Source of the DNA: the human T2T-CHM13v2.0 reference genome, Homo sapiens
Length of the DNA: 64,000 nt
Assembly: GCA_009914755.4 (NCBI GenBank)
Contig: CP068257.2
Span: 17,824,001-17,888,000, forward strand
Direction of reading: 5' to 3'
The notes beneath the pieces were generated by a model that worked only from the letters and a program-made list of their open reading frames with translations, did not search any database and was not told the DNA's origin. A program made the position numbers and the translations under genes. Shown here piece after piece: positions 41,303 to 53,690 of this stretch. Each line of letters starts with the position of its first letter. Within the stretch, counting starts at the first letter, position 1.

Positions 41303-44300
41303 TTTGCCTGGTTTGGGTATCAAGGTAATGCTGGCCTCATTAAATGAGTTCAGAAGAGTTCCCTCCTCTTCAAATTTCTGGAAGAGTTTGAGAAGAATTA
41401 GTGTTAGTTGTTCTTTAAATGATTGGTAGAATTTAGCAATGAAACCATCAGGCCCTGGGCTTTTCTTTGATAGCAAACTTTTTATTGCTTTTTCAGTCTC
41501 ATTGCATTAATTGGTCTGTTCGAGGTTCTTATTTCTTCATGGTTCTATCTCGGTAGGTTTTATGTGTTCAGAAATTTGTTCATTTCCCTTAGGTTTTCCA
41601 ATTTATTGGCATACAATTGTTTATAATAGTGTCCAATGATCCTTTGAATTTCTATGGTATCAGTTATAATTTTTTGTTTGTTTCTGATTTTATGTGTCTT
41701 TTTTTCTTGGTTAGTCTAACTGATGATTTGTTGATTTTTTTATATTTTTAAAAAACCAAATTTCACTTTATAGCTAATTTGAATTAGTTTTAGTCTCAAT
41801 TTCATTTATTTCTACTCTGATCTTTATTATTTCTTTTCTTTTAATAATTTGGGGTTTGGATTGTTCTTACACTTCTAGTTCTTTGTGATGAATCATTAGG
41901 TTGTTTGTTTGAAATTTTTCTACTCTTTTGATGTAGGCATTTATTGCGATAAACTTCTTTTCTAATACTACTTTTGCATTATAGCTTAGTTTTTGGAAAA
42001 TTGTATTTCTATTTTCATTTGTTTCAGGAAACATCTAAATTTCCTTTTAAATTTATTCATGGACTCATTGGTCATTCAGGAATGTGTCATTTAATTTTCA
42101 TAATCTTGTGCAGTTTAAAGTTTCTCTAATTTTTTATTTTTAGATTTATATCATTGTGATCAGAAAAGATACACGATATGAATTCTGTTCTTTTAAATTT
42201 GTTAAGAATTGTTTTGTGGCCTAACATTTGGCCTCTCCTGGAGAACGCTGTAAGGGCTGATGAAAAAAGATGTGCATTCTTCAGCTGTTGGATGAAATGT
42301 TCCACAGATGTCTGTTAGAACCACTTGGTCTAAATTGCAGTTTAAATTCAACATTTCCTTGACGATTTTCTGTCTAGATAATCTGTCGAATGCTGAAAGT
42401 GCAGTGGTTCTCCAAATATTATTTTATTGGAATCTATCTCTTCTTTTAGGTCAAATAATATTTGCTTTATACATCTGGGTGCTCCAGTATTGCAAGCATG
42501 TATATTTGCAATTATTATGTCCTCTTGCTGAACAGTTCCCTCTTTCATTATATAGTGATGCTCTTTGTCTCTCTTTACAGTTTTTTATTGAAGCCTGTTT
42601 CGTGTAGTTAATCCTGCTCATTTTTCATTTCTGTTTGTATAAAATGTCTTTCTCCATCACTTCATATTTAGTTTATATGTGTCTTTAAAGTAAGTGTCTT
42701 GTAGGCAGTATATAGATACCTCATTTTTTTTAATTCATTCATCACATTATATTTTTTAAGTGGAGGAATTTATTTTTGTTGAAGGTTATCATTGATAGGT
42801 AATGATTTACCCTTGTTATTTTGCTAATTATTTTCTGTTTGTTTTGTATACTCTTTCTTTTCTTCCTCTTTTATTATTATTGTTATTTTGTTTTCTGTAA
42901 TTAAAATGCTTAATCTTTTCTCTTTTTCTTTTGTATATCTGCTCTACCAGTGAGTTTTACAGTTTTGCATGTTTTTATGATGGTGATTATTGTCTTTTCA
43001 TTTCCAGATGCAGGATGCCCTTGAACATTTCTTGAAGGCTGGTTCAGTGATGACAAATTCCCTCAGTTTTTGCTTTCCTGGGAAAGATTATACTTTTCCC
43101 TTATTTCTAAATAATGGCTCTATTAGGGATAGTATTATTTGCTTGCAATTTATTTTTCTTCAGTACTTTGAATATATTATCCCATTCTCTCCCTTGCCTG
43201 TAAGACTTCTGCTGACATATCAGCTTTTTGTCTAATGGAGATTTCCTTATATGTGACTTGAAACATTTCTCTTGCTGTTTTCGGAATTCTCCCTGTGTCT
43301 TTGACTTTTGACAATTTGACTATAATGTACCTCAAAGAGAGCATGTTTGGGTTGAATTTATTGGGACAACTTTGAGCTTCCAGGATCTGAGTGACAATAT
43401 CTCTCCCCAGCCTTGAATAGTTTCTCAGCTATATCTCAATTAAATAGGTTTGCTGTGACTTTTTCCAACTCTTTCTCTGGAAACTCTATAATACAGGTAT
43501 TTGTTTGCTTAATAGTGTCTCATAGTACTGTAGGCATTCTTCATTCTTTTTTATTCTTTTTTTCCCTCTTGCTGGATAATTTCAAATTATGTATCTTTAA
43601 ACTCGGAGATTATTTATTCTGTCTGATCAAAGTCTTCTGCTGAAGTTCTCTGTTGTATGTTTTATTTCATTCATTAAATTATTTAGCTGAAGAATTTCTG
43701 TTTTGTTCTTTTTTTAATAATACCCTGAATTCTTTGTTCGTGTTATAAATTATTTTCCTAGGTTTGTTGAATTATCTATCTGTTTTGTTTTGTTTTGTTT
43801 TTATATCTTGTGGAGTTTTTTTAAGATTGTTATTTAGAATTCTTTTTCTGGCAATTCATTGATTTCCTTTACATTGGAAAGGACTCTCATTAGAGAGTTT
43901 TTATATTCCTTTGGTCATGTTATATTTCCTTCTGTTTTCATATTTCTTTTGTTTCTGTGTTGATGTCTGTCCATCTAGCATAACAAATAACAGTACCCTC
44001 TTCCAAATTTTCTAGAGTGGTTTTCACAGAGATAGACTTTTACCTGAAGATGAGTCTCAGTGTGCCAGTTAGGAAGGATGTGGTGACTTTCTTTTTTTTC
44101 CAGGTGAGTACAGTGTTTTAGTCTTCATGCAGCTTCTTCAGCTGTTTTCAACCTCAGTAATAGATTCAGGCACCTCAGTGGCCTAGGCTGTAGAAGTTTG
44201 TGGCAGCAGTGACAGCAGGTTAGGTTTTTAATGTTTTTGGTGGCAAGGGATTTTGGGAATCCTTCTATTCTCATATTCACCACAAGAGGGAGACTTTGAC

Positions 44301-45780
44301 AAGACGACCCCTCTTGATGTCAGTTCTGACATTTCCTATAAGCAGCTGCCACAGCAACTGGATTCTAGATGCAGGTACTTGGAGCAGCAGTGGAGACAGG
44401 GTCTTAGTCTGAGTGTCTTATGAACCTATTGAGGCACCTGTCTTGGGGTGCATGTCAGGTTTGACGTCTGTGGCAGGATTGGATGTAGATATCCCACACC
44501 AGGATCTGAGGTACCCTCTATCAACTTGGTTTCAGGGGCGTGGCTTGTAGATGTGACCTTCCTTCTGGGGAGGCAGAGAACAGCCCTACCACAACTCCAG
44601 GGAAAGAAGGGTTCTCTAGAAATTTGAGCTTAGGGACAATTGGAATTCAGGATTCTGAGTCAGTAGGGCTCAATGGCAACTTTAACCCGTGGGGACAAGG
44701 AGTACTGTGTAGTAGTCACTCCAGATCTTGGCATTGCGGGGTTCAGCAGTATCCCAGACTGTGAAGCCAGGTGTAGCAACAAGTATCCAAGAAATGGCAA
44801 GCTTGGCTACAGTTTGGGCCCTGGGTGCATAAGGCGGTACAGGGGTGACTCCACTTCCTGGAAAGAGGAGCATCTCAGCAGCTCAAATTCCATGGGGCTA
44901 CTCCATCTCCAGGAAGCAAGATACTAGAGTTGTTTGGCTTTTAGGACAGAGTGTTTCAGCTCAGCCTTGGGAAGTGCAGCTGCTCAGCTCAACCAAGGCT
45001 CTACTTCCCCAGTGGGCAATGTGCCACTTCAGCTCAGGCCCACGCGGGTGTGACTATTCTGGGCAGCCCAGCCACCATTTTCTTGTGATTCAGTGCTCTG
45101 CCAAAGCACTGTTTCCTTTGGTGGCTATGCACAGTTTTTGATCAGCTTCCTAAAAGCAGGGCACAACTGTGCCTGAGAGGCTGATGGAGTTGTTCTACCA
45201 AATCACTGTTTCCCCAGATTTCCATCTGTGCAGCTTCAGCTCCTGCCTGAGCAGGTTGGGGGATGGGTAGGTGGGGCACTTTCACTCCTTTTTGATCCCA
45301 TAGGGAAGGGTGTAATTGTTGCTCACAGCTGGGCTTTGGGATGTTGGGTCACTGGGAACGAGTGGTTCAACAGCAGTTTAGCCTCTGGGTTGAAGGAGTG
45401 CTGTGGCTTCTTGTTGCTGGAGCGTGATATACTTTAGCATTAGTTTCAGTTCCAGGATGGTGTAACATAGCAGCTCTGCAGGCCACAGGGAGTGGGGAGG
45501 AGTGTCAGTTTCTTCTCAGGGGGAAATATGACTGCGTGGCCTCTAGGAATTTTTCTTACCTAGGCTTAGTGCCTGGAAGGACTTTAAGGGACCCTAGTGG
45601 TAAAGACTGTAGATGTCTAAGTTCTCCTGCCTGAGAAAGTAGGAGGAGAGTTAGGTAGAGCAGTTCTATTGCCTCTAGGCCCCGCAAGGAAGGTATAATT
45701 GCTGCTGGAAGCTCAGCTTGGGAATGTTGGGCCAACTGGTGAATTAATAAGCAATAAATTAGTAACAGGTAATACATACA
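38341..45780 (-). mobile_element. Near full-length LINE-1 (older L1P-type), minus orientation. 3' end with poly-A at about 38341-38354, ORF2 about 39138-42900, ORF1 about 42950-43950, long 5' UTR about 44000-45780. All ORFs are disrupted.
   Basis: Minus-strand ORFs match L1 ORF2 segments in collinear order: C-terminus HCWWECKLV..WKTV..FL..L....PYDPAIPLLGIYPKE (39138-39428), RT LNGxKLxAFPLxxGTRQGxxLSPxLFNIVLEVL..AIRQEKEIKG (40619-40909), QQHIKKxIHHDQxGFIPGMQxWFN..KxINVIxHINRxK.KNHMIISIDAEKxFDKIQ (41028-41219), [20 protein letters not shown]..xLLKLFQ (41249-41476), and endonuclease ..GxxQQEDxTIxNIYAPNTGAPRxIKQxLxDLxxDxDSxxxIxGDFNTPLSxxDR (42348-42548). The poly-T on the plus strand at 38341 corresponds to the element's poly-A. 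Confidence 0.85.
41270..41300. repeat. (GT)n microsatellite inside L1 ORF2 (minus-strand element)
   Basis: gtgtgtgtgtgtgtgtgtgtgtgtgtgtgt interrupts the reverse-transcriptase coding frame. Confidence 0.9.
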
Positions 45781-45789
45781 TTTTATAAG

Positions 45790-46960
45790 TTCTAAACATT
45801 TTGATTATTCTGTAAGTCACTAGCTAACACATTCCCAGAGAAGTTGCCAAATTTAACTAATATTTTCTAAGCTCAAGTCCCTCTAAAATGTCCACCAAAG
45901 GGTCTGAATGGGATTAAAAAGACATTGAAAAATCTTGTCATTACATAACTGAAAATTAAAACAACCACTACACATTTATTAGAATGGCCAAAATCCAAAG
46001 CACTGACAACATCAAATGCTGATAAGGATGTGGAGAAACAGAAGCTTTCATTTTTTGCTGATGGGAATGCAAAATGGAGCAGTCACTTTGGAAGACAGTT
46101 TGGTAGTTTCTTACAACACTAAACACACTCTTACCATATGATACAGCAATCCTGCTTCTTGATATTTACCCAAATAAGTAAAAAAAAAAAAAAATACACG
46201 TCCACACAAAAACTTGCACACAGATGTTTACAGCAGTTCTTTTTATAATTGGCAATAATTTAAAAAAACTGAGATGTGCTTCGGTAGTTGAATGGATGAA
46301 CAAACTGTGCTTCATACAGACAATGGAAGAGTATTCAGCGCTAAAAAGGAATGAGCAATCAAGCCCCGACAAGACCTATAGGAGACATAAATATGTATTA
46401 CTTAGTGAAAGAAGCCAATGGCAGATGTTGTATCATTCTAACTAATTGGCATTCTAGAAAAGACAAACTATGGAGACAGTACAAGAATAAATAAATGGTT
46501 GCCAGAAGTTAGGGAGGAGAAAAGAATGAAGAGGTAGAGCACAGAGAATGTTTAGAGTAGTGAAATGCCTCTGTGATACCACAGTGGTGAATACATGTCA
46601 TTATACTTCGATACCTCTGTCAAAACCCATAGAATGTAAAATACCAAAAGTGAAACCTAATGCAAATCCTGGACTTTAGATGATAATGATTTGTCAGTGT
46701 AGGCTCATTGAGTCTAACAAATGTGTCACTGTGGTGAAGAATACCCATTGTATGGAAGATTATGTGTGTTTGGTAACGGGGGCAGGAAGTATGTGGAAAC
46801 CGTGTGAAACTTGTCGATTTTACTGTGAAGCTGAAACGTCTGTAAAAAAATTAAATGTTATTAATTTAAGAAATGCATTGACAGTAGTTTACTTTTCAAA
46901 CCTCAGAATTCATTCATAATATATTCCACCTTCTCAAAAACAGAGTTTGTTAATAAAGTC
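45790..46960 (+). mobile_element. Ancient L1 (L1M-type) 3' fragment: ORF2 C-terminus and 3' UTR, plus orientation
   Basis: Plus-strand translation contains the L1 ORF2 C-terminal region: ..MEYYSAxKRNE.., ..CKIPKVKPNANxGLxMIMICQCRxIxSNKCxTxV..xxxGxGxMWxxxxxxxQFxCExKTSxKK.. It abuts the 5' end of the minus-strand L1. Confidence 0.7.
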
Positions 46961-47078
46961 TTGTGAGTTTTTGTTTTTTGGTTTTTTGGCAATTACTTTG
47001 AAATGTGAAATTGTCCCTCACACAATTTCTGCTATAGAAAGTTTACGATTATCATGTTATTTTAAAAAGCCTCTCCAA

Positions 47079-47358
47079 GGCTGGGCACAATGGCTCACAC
47101 CTGTAATCCTAACACTTTAGGAAGGTGAGGCAGGCGGATCATTTAAGGCCAGGAGTTCAAGACCAGCCGGTCAATATGGGGAAACCTTGTCTCTACTAAA
47201 AATACAAAAATTAGCCAGGCGTGATGTTGCATGCCTGTAATCCCAGCTACTGAACACAGGAGGCAGTGGTTCCAGTGAGTCAGCATCACACCACTGCACT
47301 CCAGCCTGGGTGACAGAGAGAAACTCTGTCTCAAAAAAAAAAAAAAAAAAAAAAAAAA
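47079..47358 (+). mobile_element. Alu SINE (AluS-like), plus orientation
   Basis: ggctgggcacaatggctcacacctgtaatcctaacactttaggaaggtgaggcaggcggatcatttaaggccaggagttcaagaccagcc ... cactgcactccagcctgggtgacagagagaaactctgtctc plus poly-A of about 28 nt. Confidence 0.92.
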
Positions 47359-48018
47359 TCAAAGAAAAAATTTTTATATGAGGCTGTATATTTCATATGC
47401 AGAAAACTACATGATTAGTCAAGAGTTCTGAGTTTATTTTCAAATCCCATTTTTTTCTTAACTAAGCAGGTCAACTTCAGCAAGGTTTTGTTGTGTTTTG
47501 GTTTTCCTCCTAAGGCTGTTTTTCACTTATAAAATGAGTTAAAGTAAATGGCCTCCAAGGTCCCTTCACACTAATCTAAACTATCTGTAAAAACATTCTT
47601 GAAGCCCTTTAAACTTGTGTCAAAGAATATGACCTCATGAAAAAGGTGCTGGTCCATGGCTTCTACGTGTAATAATCAAAAATTCAGGTCAAGCCAAATA
47701 GAAAATGCAACAGACCATCAAAATCAATATATTGTAATAAGCTTTCTTATTTATTTGTTTTCTTAATAACATATTGATTTAGAATTCAATATAAAACTAA
47801 TCAATTTATCAGAATCAAATTCCAATTTGTAGTTTGAAAAACCATTGATTAAGAAATCAGAGTCACACGGAAGTGCTGGATATGTCTATTACCTTGATCG
47901 TAGTGTTGGTATCAAAGGTGTTTTCATACCTCCAAACTCATCAAATTGTGCATATTAAATATGTGTGTTTTATTGTATATTAATCATCACTCAATAAAAC
48001 TATTAAAAAATAGAACAA

Positions 48019-48418
<400 letters not shown>

Positions 48419-49299
48419 TCACAGTCACAGTGGGATTAGGTTTGGCCCGTATATAAAGCAAATTTGTAACATGAAATTTTACATTAAAAAATCACATAAT
48501 TATACTAGACAACACTGCTTTGAAGTCATAATTTTATGTTTGCAATAAGCATCAGAATCTCCCGAATAATTATTTGAAAATAAATGTATCTGGGACCTTC
48601 TCCCCAAAAACCCCAATTTAGTTTGCAGCTCCCTTGTTGATCATGAGCTAGTCTACTAGTTGTGAGGAAAGGCTCTTCTAATACAAATTCCCTATGACTG
48701 CAAATGGATCTTTAAGACAAAATGTCTGATTGTTAGCTGCACTAAACATCTTTCTATTAACTTTCTGAGGTTGTTAGAACATTTTTGCCTTTTGCCTGTT
48801 CCCCTCTTCTCAGAAAATTCTTGATTTACCAAGGTCCTCCTCACCTTAAAAATTCAATCCAGATATTTTGGGAACAAGGCAAGATGGTGTACGGGAAGCA
48901 GGTTTTGTGTGCCCCTCTCACAGAGATGAAACAAAAGGGCTAGTGAACACTGACCCTTCAGGTCAATCATATAAAAGAAGACATCAGGATCCCTGAAGGC
49001 AGCAGGGCAATTCAGAGATCAGATAGGAGCGAAGCTGGGCACCAGACTGTCTGGGTTCAGTGTGGAGGAGGAGAAGCTCTCCAACACAAGAAAAGATAAA
49101 TGAGAGGCCCCACGGAGATTCAAGCTCTCCACAGGGACCTGTGCAACCCTGGGAACAGGAGAATCCCCTGGGTCCCCCTCCACTGCACTTCTAGACTGAG
49201 GCAGAGAGCCACCTGGACTTTTTGCAGGGGCAACCTTCAAGTCCAAATGACCTCTACAAAACTTTGGCCCTGGAGTAGAGCAGCACCAGCGTCATAGCT

Positions 49300-50455
49300 T
49301 CAATAGAGGCTGCAGTTGCAGTACCTGAGAGCAATAAGACTGCTCCACCCCTCCTTGCTGGACAGGGCTCAGTGTCAGGTTCTGGCCCAGCAGTCCCCCT
49401 TCAGCCCAAATTCGACTAGCCACTCCACCTACCCCCACCAGCAATAGCCAGGATGGCATTGCTTGCTAGAGCTTCTGGCCCAGTGGTGCCACTTCTGTGT
49501 GAACTCAGCTGGAGGTCACAGTTTTCTGTTGTCCCAGGAAACACCTGAATTGCAGAGTGCGTGACTCCACCTGCCCCTGTCACTAGTAGCCCGGTGGGCA
49601 ACACCTGCTAGAGCTCCTGGCTCGGCAGCTCCACTTCTGTCTGAGCTCAGCTACAGGGAACAGCTTCTTGTTGTCCCCGAACAGCAGAACAACAGAGCAT
49701 GCAACTCAGCCCACCACTGCCGCTGGTAGCAAGGTGGGCAATTGCTTCCTAGAGCTTCCAGTTCAGTGGCTCTGCTTCTGTGTAAACTCAGCTAGAGGGT
49801 GCAGCTTCCTGTAGTTCTGGAAAACACCACCACCCAGATAGCAGAGCATGTGACACTTTACCCAGCTGGGCAACACTTGCTACAGCTTCTGCGCCAGCAC
49901 CCCACTTCTATGTAAGTTCAGCCACTGGGTGCAGCCTCTTGCTGTCCCAGGTAGCACCCAGACAGAAGCACAGGTGACCCCACTGAGCCCTGCCTCTGAT
50001 AGCCAGGTGGGCAATGCCTGCTAGAGTTTCTAGCCCAGTGGTCCTGCTTCTGTGAGAACTTAGCCAGTGAGCACAGCCTTCTATTGTCCCAGGAAGCTTC
50101 TGGATGGCAGGGTAGGCACACCCATCCACCCCTGCCATTTATAGCCAGACAAGCCACACCTGCTGAAGCTAACAGTACAGTGGTCCTACTTCTGCCAGAA
50201 TTTGCTGAGGAATGCAGCCTCCTGTTGCGTTAGAAATACACAGTTGGCAAGGCATGTAACTCCATCCACCTCCACTTCGCATAGCCAGATGGGTCACATC
50301 TGCTAGATCTTCCAGTGCAGCAGTCCTGCTTCCACCTGAATTCCGTGGACAGGAGCAACCCTGGGTTTCCCCCAGGAAGCACATGAACAGCATATCAGCG
50401 TTGACCTAACAAAGATACAGCTTGTCTGCCAGCCATAGCCTCTGCCTGAGGGAGC
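49300..50455 (+). repeat. Tandem array of about 7-8 monomers (period about 138-140 bp) forming the 5' region of the plus-strand L1
   Basis: Units recur at about 49448, 49587, 49727, 49863, 50001, 50143 and 50283, each beginning agcca(g/a)g(a/t)(g/t)gg(c/g)ca..(c/t)ctgcta(g/c)ag(c/t)t(t/c)c(t/c)(a/g)g(c/t)ccagtgg(t/c)(c/g)ctgcttctgtg.(g/a)a(c/a)(t/c)t(c/a)agc.(a/g)g.g... and ending ...ccacc(c/t)(g/c)cc. The many short minus-strand ORFs listed here (49416..50533) are artefacts of the array. Confidence 0.8.
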
Positions 50456-50458
50456 CAC

Positions 50459-51136
50459 ATGGACCACATGGACCAGAATAGCCAACAAAAGAATTGTGGG
50501 CATAGAGACCATAATCACAGAGGGTTCCTCCATGACCCAGGAGTGGAGAAGAATCGAAACCAGTCAACCGAACTCCCTCTATACCATAATCAAACCCCCA
50601 AGGGCATCAATGAAGGAAAGAGAAAAAAAAATCTATCAAAAGGACAGCAAATTCATCAGCCCACACAAATGACAAAGAAACAGCACAGGAACTCTGGCAA
50701 CTCAAAAAGCCAGAATGCATTCTTTCTTCCAAATGATTGCACTTATTCCCCAGCACGATTTCTTAACCAGGTTGAAAAGGCTGAAAAGACAGAAATAGAA
50801 ATCAGACTATGGATAGCAAAGAAAATAATCAAGATTCAGGAGAACATCAAAACCCAATCCAAAGAAGGTAAGAATTATAATAAAATGATACAAGAACAGA
50901 TAGACAAAATAGCCATTACTGATCCACAAAAGCGCCAAACTGATCTTACAGAGCTGAAACATATACTACAAGAATTGCATAATGCAACTGCAATTATTAA
51001 CAGCAAAGTAGATCAACCTAAGGAAAGAACCTCAGAGCTTGAAGACTGGCTCACTGAAATGACCCAGTCAGACAAAAATGAAGGAAAAATAATTATAAAG
51101 CATGAACAAAACCTCCACAAATATGGAATTATGTAA
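50459..51136 (+). pseudogene. LINE-1 ORF1p-like coding remnant (open 225-codon frame; the L1-like portion starts near the Met at about 50670)
   Basis: Translation MTKKQHRNSGNSKSQN...EKTEIEIRLWIAKKIIKIQENIKTQSKEGKNYNKMIQEQIDKIAITDPQKRQTDLTELKHILQELHNATAIINSKVDQPKERTSELEDWLTEMTQSDKNEGKIIIKHEQNLHKYGIM is collinear with L1 ORF1p (MGKKQNRKTGNSKTQS..., coiled-coil, ..ISELEDR.., ..RIKRNEQSLQEIWDY..). The frame is truncated by a stop, so it is not an intact ORF1. Confidence 0.7.
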
Positions 51137-53555
51137 AGACCTCATATCTATGACTCATTGGCATCCCTGCAAGAGATGAGTAGAAAGTAAGCAACTTAGA
51201 AAACACATTTCATTGTATCATCCATGTAAACTTCCCCAGCATCACTAGAGAGGCCAAAATTCAAATCCAGGAAATGCAGAGAATGGCTGCAAGATATTAC
51301 ACAAGAAGACCATCCCCAAATCACATAATTATCAGTTTCTCCAAGGCCAAAATGAGATAAAAAAAATTGTTAAAGAAGGTGCAAAACCTCCTTAATCTGA
51401 CAAACAACTTCAGCTGGGTTTCAAGATACAAAATCAGTGTACAAAAATCAATAGCATTCCTATATACCAGTAACATCCAAGTCAAGAAGCAAATCAGAAA
51501 CACAATCCCATTCACAATTGCCACAAAAAGAATAGAATACCTAGAAATACAGCTAACAAGGGAGGTGAAACATCTCTTTCATGAGAACTACAGAACACTG
51601 TTCAAAGAAATCAGAGATGACATAAACAAATGGAAGAACATTTCATGCTTACGGATAATAAGAGGCAATATCCTCAAAATGGTTATACTGCCCAAAGAAA
51701 TTTACAGATTCAATGCTATTTCTTTTAAACTGCCAATGATATTCTTTACATAATTAGAAAAAGTTGTTTTAAAATTCATATGGAACCAAAAAAGAGTCTG
51801 AATAGCCAAAGCAATCCTCAGCAAAAAGGGCAAAGCTGGAGGCATTGTGTTACCCAATGTTAAACTATATTACAGGGCTACAGTAACCAAAACAGCATGG
51901 TACTGGTAGAAAAACAAACACATAGACCAGTTGAACAGAATACAGAACCCAGAAATAATGCTGCAAACCTACAACCATCTCATCTTCAACATAGATGAAA
52001 AGTTAAGCAAAGGGGAAAGGACTCCCCACTCAATAAAATGTTCTCGGATAACTGGCTATCCATATGCAGAAGATTGAAACTGGACCCCCTCCTTATACAA
52101 TATACAAAAATCAATGCAAGATGAATTAAAAACTGAAATGTAAAACCTAAAACTATAATAACCCTGTTAGATAACCTAGTAAATATCATTCTGGAGGTAG
52201 TACTTGGCAAATAATTGTTGATGAAGACACCAAAAGCAATTATTAATACAACAAAAATAAAAATTGACAAATGGAATCTAATTAAAATAAAGGGCTTCTG
52301 CACAGCAAAAGAAACTATTAACGGAGTAAACAGACAACCTACATAATGAGAGACAATATTTGCAAACTCTGCATTAAACAAAGGTCAAATATCCAGAATC
52401 TATGAGGAACTTAAACAAGTTTACAAGCAAAAACTAAGCAACCCTGCTAAAAAGTGGGCAAAGGACATGAACAGACATTTTTCAAAAGAAAGCATACAGA
52501 AGGCCAACAAGCATACGAAAAAAAGCTCAATATCACTGATCATTAGGGAAACGTAAACCAAAACCACAATGATATACACCTCACACCATTCAAAAAGGCT
52601 ATTAATAAAAAGCCAAAAAATGATAGATGCTGGCGAGTGGTGGAGAAAAGAAAACATGTATACAGTGTTGGTGGGAGTGCAAATTAGTTAGCAAATCATT
52701 ATGAAAGACAGTGTGGCAATTCCTTAAAGACCAAAAACAGAACTACTATTCGACCCAGAAAACCCATTATTGGGTATGTACCATACAGAATATAAATTGT
52801 TTACATAAATATACATGCATATGTATGTTCATCGCAGTATTATTCACAAAAGGAAAGACATAAAATCAACCTAAATGCCCATTGACGGTAGATTGAAGAA
52901 AATATGGTACATATACACCATGGAATACTACTCAGTAATAAAAAACGGTGAGATCATTTCCTTTGCAGCAATGTTAATGGAGCTAGAGGCCACTATCTTA
53001 AGCAAACTATCCCTGGAACAGAAAAACATTCATTGTGTGTTAGGAATGTGCATTAGGATCATTGTGTGACAATGATAGGTTTATATTGTATCTCATCCAC
53101 TAGATTATCAGTTTATAGGGCAGTATTCAAGTATGCAAGCATGTTACTAAATAGTAACAGTAAAAATTGCTTTATCAAATTGCTTATAAGTGAAAACCAC
53201 ATGTTTTCACTTATAAGCAGGAGCTAAACAACCATAACATATGGATGCTAGGAAAGTAACAACAGATACTGGGGCCTACTTGAGGGGAGAGGTTAGTAGG
53301 AGGGAGAGGACCAGAAAAAAATACCTATTGGTTACTATGTTTATAACCCAGGTGACAAAATTATCCGTACAACGAATCCCTGTGACATTCAATTTACCTG
53401 TATAACAAACCTGCACATGTATCCCTGAACCTAACATAAAAGTTAAAACAAACGCAATCCAAGAATTGTCTTTCTATGAGGCCTTCTCTTAGTCTCCTAC
53501 CTCATGCTCCAGAGGGCTTCGCTAATTCTTCTATCAGCACTTAGCACATTGCCTG

Positions 53556-53690
53556 ACAGTGGTCTGTTTATATTATATCTCATCCACTAGGTTATCAGTT
53601 TATAAGGCAGTATTCAAGTATGTAAGCATATTACTAAACAATAACAATAAAAGTTGCTTTATCAAATTGCTTAAAATAAACCTTAGTAGT
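53556..53690 (+). repeat. About 130-bp near-duplicate (about 85-90% identity) of an internal segment of the preceding L1 3' region (53074-53200), lying about 100 bp downstream of that element's end
   Basis: tatattgtatctcatccactagattatcagtttatagggcagtattcaagtatgcaagcatgttactaaatagtaacagtaaaaattgctttatcaaattgctta versus tatattatatctcatccactaggttatcagtttataaggcagtattcaagtatgtaagcatattactaaacaataacaataaaagttgctttatcaaattgctta. Confidence 0.8.

Larger units (their letters stand above)
48873..53453 (+). mobile_element. LINE-1 (older L1P/L1M-type), plus orientation, with monomeric tandem-repeat 5' region, an ORF1 remnant, an internal deletion of about 2.5 kb fusing ORF1 to mid-ORF2, the ORF2 C-terminal half and the 3' UTR
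   Basis: L1 5' start-like ggcaagatgg at 48873. Tandem about 138-bp monomers at 49300-50455. ORF1p-like frame about 50670-51350 (coiled-coil-rich; ..SELEDWLTEMTQSDKNEGKIIIKHEQNL.. compare L1 ORF1p ..ISELEDR..RIKRNEQSL..; then ..IQIQEMQR..RYYTRR.SP.HIII.FSKAKM). From 51367 the frame reads ORF2 ..NLLNLxNNFSxVSxYKIxVQKSxAFLYTxN...PFTIAxKRIxYLxIQLTRxVKxLFxENYxxLxKEIxxDxNKWKNIxC.RIxRxNIxKMxILPKxIYRFNAIxxKLPMxFF. ORF2 C-terminal motifs follow through about 53070. The 3' UTR ends ..aacctgcacatgtatccctgaacctaacataaaagttaaaacaaa. Confidence 0.85.

Noticed and set aside
50459-51136. 225-aa ORF as a candidate novel protein-coding gene
   Set aside because: The translation is clearly an L1 ORF1p remnant (coiled-coil, SELED... 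and ..NEQ/HEQNL.. motifs) embedded in an L1 with a monomer array upstream and ORF2 downstream. It is a transposon-derived pseudo-ORF.
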